Part shown: positions 58,353 to 64,000 of the stretch, piece after piece
How positions within the stretch are numbered: the first letter of the stretch is position 1
Layout of the letters: each line of letters opens with the position of its first letter
Assembly (NCBI GenBank): GCA_010015805.1
Contig: ML978122.1
Location: forward strand, 2,824,453 to 2,888,452
Length of the DNA stretch: 64,000 nucleotides
Reading direction: 5' to 3'
Source of the DNA: Rhizodiscina lignyota
Taxonomy: Eukaryota
Notes under the pieces: model-generated
Database searches by the model: none
The model's input: the letters and a program-made list of their open reading frames with translations, nothing else
What the model was told of the DNA's origin: nothing
Translations under genes and position numbers: made by a program

Positions 58353-60679
58353 ATGGACGCGTCCTCAGACGAGCCTGCCGCGAAGCGAAGAAGAGTCCGA
58401 AAAGGTACACGCTCCTGCTGGGAATGCAGGCGCAGAAAGGTCAAATGTATCTTTGCTTCATCCGAAGCCACCATTTGCATCATGTGCAGTCGTCGAGGCT
58501 CGGGGTGCGTAAGCCAGGAAGACTCCGAAGGAGCAGAACCGGGAGACGGAGAGTCAAGCTATGTTTCCCAAGGGCCCATTAAAGATGCTCAGCAGCTTTC
58601 TACGACCCAAGTTATGGCTAGTGCTGGGCAGACGACTACATTCCTAGCCGTTCAAGATGCCCAACGTACTACTCCAACAGTGGTCACCGAGAGCGCCGCC
58701 AGTAGTGGTCAACCGTCACGTCTCTCGACGTATCCGACGCCAGAATCGACTGCAAGGGGCAACACAGTGGTCAGTGACATATATTGGTTCGCCGAATAGT
58801 CTGCTGATTTGTTTCCCTTGCTTAGTCCGCCACTAGCAACCATGCCAGAGGATTCGGGCAGTCTCTCGTATTCATGACATCCCATTCTCCGGCTAGGTCA
58901 AAGTCCACACCTATCTCCGTTGCAGATCCATTCGCTCATTCTGAAGTGTCTCGGGCCCTCATCGACAGCCTCCCAGCCAAGGCAGATCTCGATATACTGC
59001 TTGGTAAAGTCTCGAAGGTCTCCCTGTTTTGCTATCAGTCGAATTACAAGTCTCGCATTGCCACGGGAGGTGAACTGCCCAGGGAAGCAATCTCTATCTC
59101 TAGTCTAACATATCCCGAGTCACATCCAGTGCTCTTGGCGCGGCAAATGTTGCTCTTTGCAGCGGCCCTTCAATATCTCTCCCCGAACGAAGTGATACCT
59201 GGAGTGTCCAAACATCACCATACCATTATGGAGGAACTTGCAGAGTCAGCAATCAAACTCGTCACAACCAACCACCTTCTACTAGGAACTCTGGAAAGCT
59301 TGGAAAACATCATCTTGGAAGCCTTCTATCACATTGATAGTGGGAATATCCGGCGCGCCTGGATGACGCTACGTCATGGAGTTATGGTAGCACAGCTGCT
59401 GGGCTTGCATCGCCCAGGCCATTATCGATTCAAAATCATCAACGATCAAAACAATCTCGACCCCCAAGTGATGTGGGCCTGTGTCGTGTCAATGGAGCGT
59501 TTCCTATCCCTGCTACTGGACTTGCCTACCAGCACTAGCGGCATAAGCTTTGTGACCCCGGAAGCCACAAGTGCATCTGTACAGGACAACAGCCTGCCTG
59601 CTTTGACAATGGATGTGACTGCCAAAATCCTCGAGAGGAATCAGCTGCAAGACCCACATCAAGCATTGGACATGACGCGAGAAATCGACCGTGAGCTTGT
59701 CAAGCTTACAGACCGAATGCCATCTACGTTCTGGCGACCACCAACTTTCGCCGGCATGCAGGCAGACTCGGTGGATGCTTTCTGGGAGCTTCGGCGAACC
59801 TGGGACCAAATGTGTTATTATACATTGGTGAATCAGCTGCATTTACCTTTCATGCTAAGTACAGGCCATGGTCAGCAGCTGGTGGTTTCGAGAATGGCCT
59901 GCGTCAATGCTAGCCGCCAGGTTCTGACCCGCATGGTGATAATCCGGACATTTAACCCGATCACTGCCTGCTGCCGGAAGGGAGACTTTATGGCGCTCAT
60001 CGCAGGCATGACGTTGATGCTGGCCTACATCATAAGCCGTTGTAACCCAGAGATGAACAATTTACTGATCCACCAACGACTGGGCGACCGTGCAATCGTG
60101 GAACAGGCTCTAGAATGCATGAAGGCCATGTCTGAGCTGCGCAAAGATGTACTTGCTGCAAAATGTGCCGCTATGCTCAAGGATCTGCTGGCAATTGAAG
60201 CAGCCATTGCACGAGGTGAGGACGTGTATGCACGTGGCGTGCAAATATTGGAAAGTGGCCTCGAGATGGACCACAATGTGTTGATTGTCAAGGTGCCATA
60301 TATCGGCGCCGTGCGAGTTGCGCGGGATGGCATCTCGACCATAACACTGGCGGAGCTGCAGCAGAACCGAGACATGTATGAGGGCGCCGATGTCGGGGGC
60401 ATCGGATCTATCCAAGTGAACAACTCAAAGCCACCGAATAATTACGACAGTACTGCGATATCTAATGCTGTGTCTACACATGGAATAGACGGCTTTCAGC
60501 CTATGCCGCGGGATGTTGCTGTACAGCACGCCGATATGTACCCCGATATTGCCGCCGACTTGGACGACTGGGTGTTTCAAGGATTTGACACGGCTTTTTT
60601 CGAGACTCTTATACGCGGGTCTGAGCAGCAGTCGCGTGACGCTGGCGCTGAAGGATGGGACTTCACTACATTTACGTGA
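58353..60679 (+). CDS. Zn2Cys6 transcription factor, divergent from the efflux pump; intron 58770..58825
   Basis: RKGTRSCWECRRRKVKCIF...CIMCSRRGSGC. A GTCAGT...CTGAT...TAG phase-0 intron joins the 601-aa ORF with a fungal TF domain (GNIRRAW...AQLLGLHR, QLHLPFML, SRMACVNASR). Confidence 0.92.
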
Positions 60680-61954
60680 CGCTTCAGAGACACTCAACCC
60701 CACAAACCAACAGCATTGGTGCCGCACTAGCACTTGGCGATTGAAACTGCCGCAGCAAATGTTAGCTTGTCACGACTTCCACCACGTCCTACCAGGCAAT
60801 GGGCTACTGATGATGTACACGGCGTGCCAGTCGAAGCTGTCACTAAGCTAGTCAACGGCGCGATCCTAGTCTAACAGTGCGGCGCCAGTCGACCGATCAA
60901 GAGCGAAAAGGGCCAAATTCTGACCAATCCGCGGCGAACGAGGTCCAGCATACAGGCTACGGAACGCGCAGACAAGCACTCGACGACCCCGACCACACTG
61001 AGGCCTGAGGCGAGTGCCCAAACGTTCTGCACGACTGAAATCGCCAAGGCTGGTGTCCTTACCCTGGCGGTTCTCTCCAGCAACACGCCAGAAAGCGAGA
61101 CGATCTCCGTTAGCTCCCACTGCTAACTGCTATCCCCAGCAGCTGCGATCCTGCAGCTCTGTGAAACAGATGGCAAGCAGGAGCAAGACGTACCTGCGAC
61201 CTCACATGGAGGCTTACAGTTCTCATCTGGATGCTCCGATATTCATGTGGGTCCATTGTCAGACAATTGCAGTGTAACTCAGAGGTCTTGACGAGTTCCC
61301 CTGCAAACTGGATTGGTCTTTTCTAAGCAGGATAACGTGCAGCTCGAGCTCGCTGTGCTAGAGTGCCAACTCTTCCACGACAAGTATCAGCGGATGCCGA
61401 GTATCTGCCGTATTACAACGTATAATGATAGCCAAACAGTTTAGAAAACCAGCGAGCGTTTCGGTGGTAAACCCAAACGCTTTGCAGATTATTAAAATGG
61501 TGACGGTGCTCACAGTCATGATATCACGGCTACTATGCGCACCCACAGGTGTCGTGGTTAAGCGTCTGTCGTCCAGAGATCAATAGATCAATCCTTCAAC
61601 GCAAGGGGAACTGTGGTCGGTACAGGGTTCAAGGACCATAAGCTCCCTTTTAAATGAGGAATTTGATTTTGGTGAGATCACTTTCAAACATAGTGTCCAG
61701 CGCTATAATTTATAAAATGCTACAATGCGACCATGCCCCAGTCCTAGCTTAACAGGCCGATACGTGTGTTGAGCCAGCAAAAGAATCACAGTCAACCTTC
61801 TGGTGGTAAAGGTTATTAAGCCTAACGATGGTTCTTCACCCAGATAGGTCACACCCTCCATTGTCGTTAGATCGATTTCTTAAGATATTAATTTTTTTAA
61901 TAAATCTAATACATTATAAGATTCACAAACTTTAATAGACACTGTGTCCTGAAT

Positions 61955-63409
61955 TCAGGTCTCCAATGCGCGCCATGGTATGTCTACATCAAGCGCCGCG
62001 GCAACCCTCATGGCGGACACCACGCAGCCTTCCAGAAGTACCATTCCATCCCAACACCAGCCTCCGACTAACCAAATCTTATCGTCGCCGTTCCTCCAGG
62101 AAGATTTTTTTTCGTCAAGGAGCGGACTGCTGAGGTTCTCGCGGAATATGTCGTTAACCACACGCCTGCTGCGTGGAGTGCGGAGGACTCGAAGGAATTT
62201 TACGGATGTCAGCACATTTTGTGCTGATGAGATATCGTTAAACGGACATGTTGTCACCATGGCTCCAGACGGATGGACGTGTATGGATTCTGTTTGCCCC
62301 AGACTGACTGAGGTGCGAAAATGTATCGTTTGCGCTGCTCTTGCCCTTTTCGATGCGAGCCCGTTGGCCGTAGTGTCATTCGTGGCACGCTTCATACCAT
62401 CACCTTGTACAGTGCTTTCGACCATGGTTGTTGGAATCTGTGCCGTGGCTTTTCCGAGAGGCTGGAAGATCCTTCCAGCAATATCAGGGGCTACCGCCAA
62501 AACTACCTGGTCGAATATCTCTTCATTAATTTCCTTATCCAATGTATTCCACACAACCTTAAGTCCTTTATTTTGGAGCGCTTCAACCTTGGTGACCGTC
62601 GCGGAGAATCTAGCTTCCAATCCACATCCTAGCGTTCTTTGCACTTCGTGCAAGCCAGAGACCGTGTAATGCTCCCCGCCTGCCGATTGTCTTTTATATT
62701 CGGTCAAATCCCTGGCCGGAAACTGAAGAAGAGCTTTGTGTGAACAAGTTGCAACGCTCGCTATGAGAGGAAGTAGATAGAAGTTCACAAAGTGGCGGGG
62801 AAGCATAATACGTTGGATGTATTGGTCCAAAGATTCGCACATAAGAGAGTTTGTCGCGGGTATTGGTGGGATCCAGAAACAGCAAAGCGACCACCAAAAG
62901 TAGCAGACTGCCACGTAAATGATCTCTATGAACCAGGAGGACAGACTAATACCCTCGGGGCGGATTGGCGGAAACCGATGGTTGTTCGAGGAATAGATAA
63001 AGTAGCCTTCCTTGCTTCTCTCGCCCAAAGTCTCGTTGGCTGCTTTTTTTCTGAAGCTATAAATGAATTGCTGTGAATGGTATCGTACCCTTAGGTATTT
63101 GTACATGCTGATCAGATTTTTGTAATAACCTTCTGCGAAGGCGCGCATAGGAACGTCAATGCGATCGACTATTTCGCCTGATTGATCTTGTATAGATATG
63201 GACGCAGAATCGAGGGAAAAGGATCCACCCTAATGGAGCCATGTTAGACTAGCGAACGGAAGCATTTGAGACATACGTACGCTTTCAAAGACAGTCACAG
63301 AGTACCGCTGATGTAGATCGTGGTGGAGAAGGTGCGCAGTGACCAAACCTGCCAGGCCGGAACCAACTATAGCCACTTTCTGCTTCGCTTTGCTCTTTGT
63401 GAACGTCAT
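61955..63409 (-). CDS. FAD-dependent oxidoreductase (amine-oxidase-like); intron 63230..63280
   Basis: N-terminal dinucleotide fold KVAIVGSGLAGLVTAHLL...VTVFES|GGSFSLD, RIDVPMRAF, FDQVVLAV, and C-terminal IWLVGGWCWDGMVLLEGCVVSA. Confidence 0.88.
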
Positions 63410-63769
63410 CTTGACGATGCTCTACATATACCAATGAAAAACAGCTTGCAGAAGAGTGGCAGGTCTTCCGATTTCTGTGGGAATAAATGACGTATGTAAA
63501 GCATTGCACAGCAAAACCAAACGATAACGGTCCAAGAGCTTGATTCCACAGGAAGGAAAGAATATCGGTGGCTGAGCTTTGCAAAATAAACAGGACCGGC
63601 GAGATGAAGGACTAGCCAGGATATTGCCAAGCTGCGACCCCGATCAAAGTTCGTCCTGGGACTGCATTCCATGTTGATGATTCTTGACTGACGTATCAAG
63701 CCCGCTCAGTAGGAATTTAGTGTATGCAAGAGTTGCTAGAATCTTGGCGACACTTGGCAATGGAAAATA

Positions 63770-63950
63770 GAGTAACCTAAAGAAGCCCGTACGCAAGTCT
63801 TCACGGGAACTGAAAAATCTCAAGAATTTAAGACAGACTATAATTTAGTACCTTTCTTAAGAGTTTTTCTTAAAAAATTTTATACATAGAAAGTACTGAA
63901 TACAAAGTATAAGTTTATATATTCTTAACAACTACATAAGCTCATAAAAA
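63770..63950. other. AT-rich, TpA-rich tract at the window end; possibly RIP-degraded repeat DNA
   Basis: Sharp drop in GC with many TA dinucleotides and no ORF. No element termini are visible. Confidence 0.35.
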
Positions 63951-64000
63951 AGTGAGGAGTGTTTTCTGCTGGAGCGTCGCTAAGATTCAAGCAACTTGCA

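Noticed and set aside
60760..61290. Possible pseudogene fragment downstream of the Zn2Cys6 gene
   Set aside because: Several partly open frames, but no motif I can assign.
63406..63699. 97-aa ORF whose TGA overlaps the oxidoreductase ATG
   Set aside because: TTG start and no recognisable domain; an ATGA overlap arises readily by chance.
1..64000. tRNA, rRNA, snRNA, TPP riboswitch, and stop-readthrough PTS1 signals
   Set aside because: GGTTCGA hits (about 27319, 37449, 46959) lack cloverleaf context, no conserved RNA motifs were seen, and the stops I checked lack the TGA-CTA context. A by-eye scan could miss these; tRNAscan-SE and Infernal would settle it.

Overview
Eukaryotic DNA from a filamentous ascomycete (Pezizomycotina; Dothideomycetes is my inference). 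The window is gene-dense, with short introns (mostly about 50-60 nt) carrying CTRAY branch sites. I reconstructed about 25 protein-coding genes by hand-splicing: nirA (runs off the window start), GH15 glucoamylase, a degenerate Gfd2/QIP-like exonuclease, FIG4, a multi-pass membrane protein, an RBR E3 ligase, an AA9 LPMO, xlnR, an ALDH, a small CC+semi-CRIB protein, SHE9, a HAD phosphatase, a CCA-adding enzyme apparently spliced in frame to a Tti2 domain, TRS85, a CHMP7-like ESCRT protein, U1A/U2B'', an MFS, RIB7, GH125, RAD18, two orphan ORFs, a divergent MFS efflux pump/Zn2Cys6 pair and an FAD oxidoreductase next to an AT-rich end. I recognised no rRNA, tRNA, CRISPR array or intact transposon. 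The strongest leads are splicing-level: (1) a CCA1-TTI2 locus where one 50-nt intron decides between a stand-alone CCA enzyme and a CCA-Tti2 fusion; (2) a candidate [D3,4] spliceosomal twin intron in the efflux pump gene; (3) a 151-aa SPEC-like candidate Cdc42 effector visible only after splicing. Family calls come from remembered motifs, not database searches, and all splice models are predictions needing transcript evidence.
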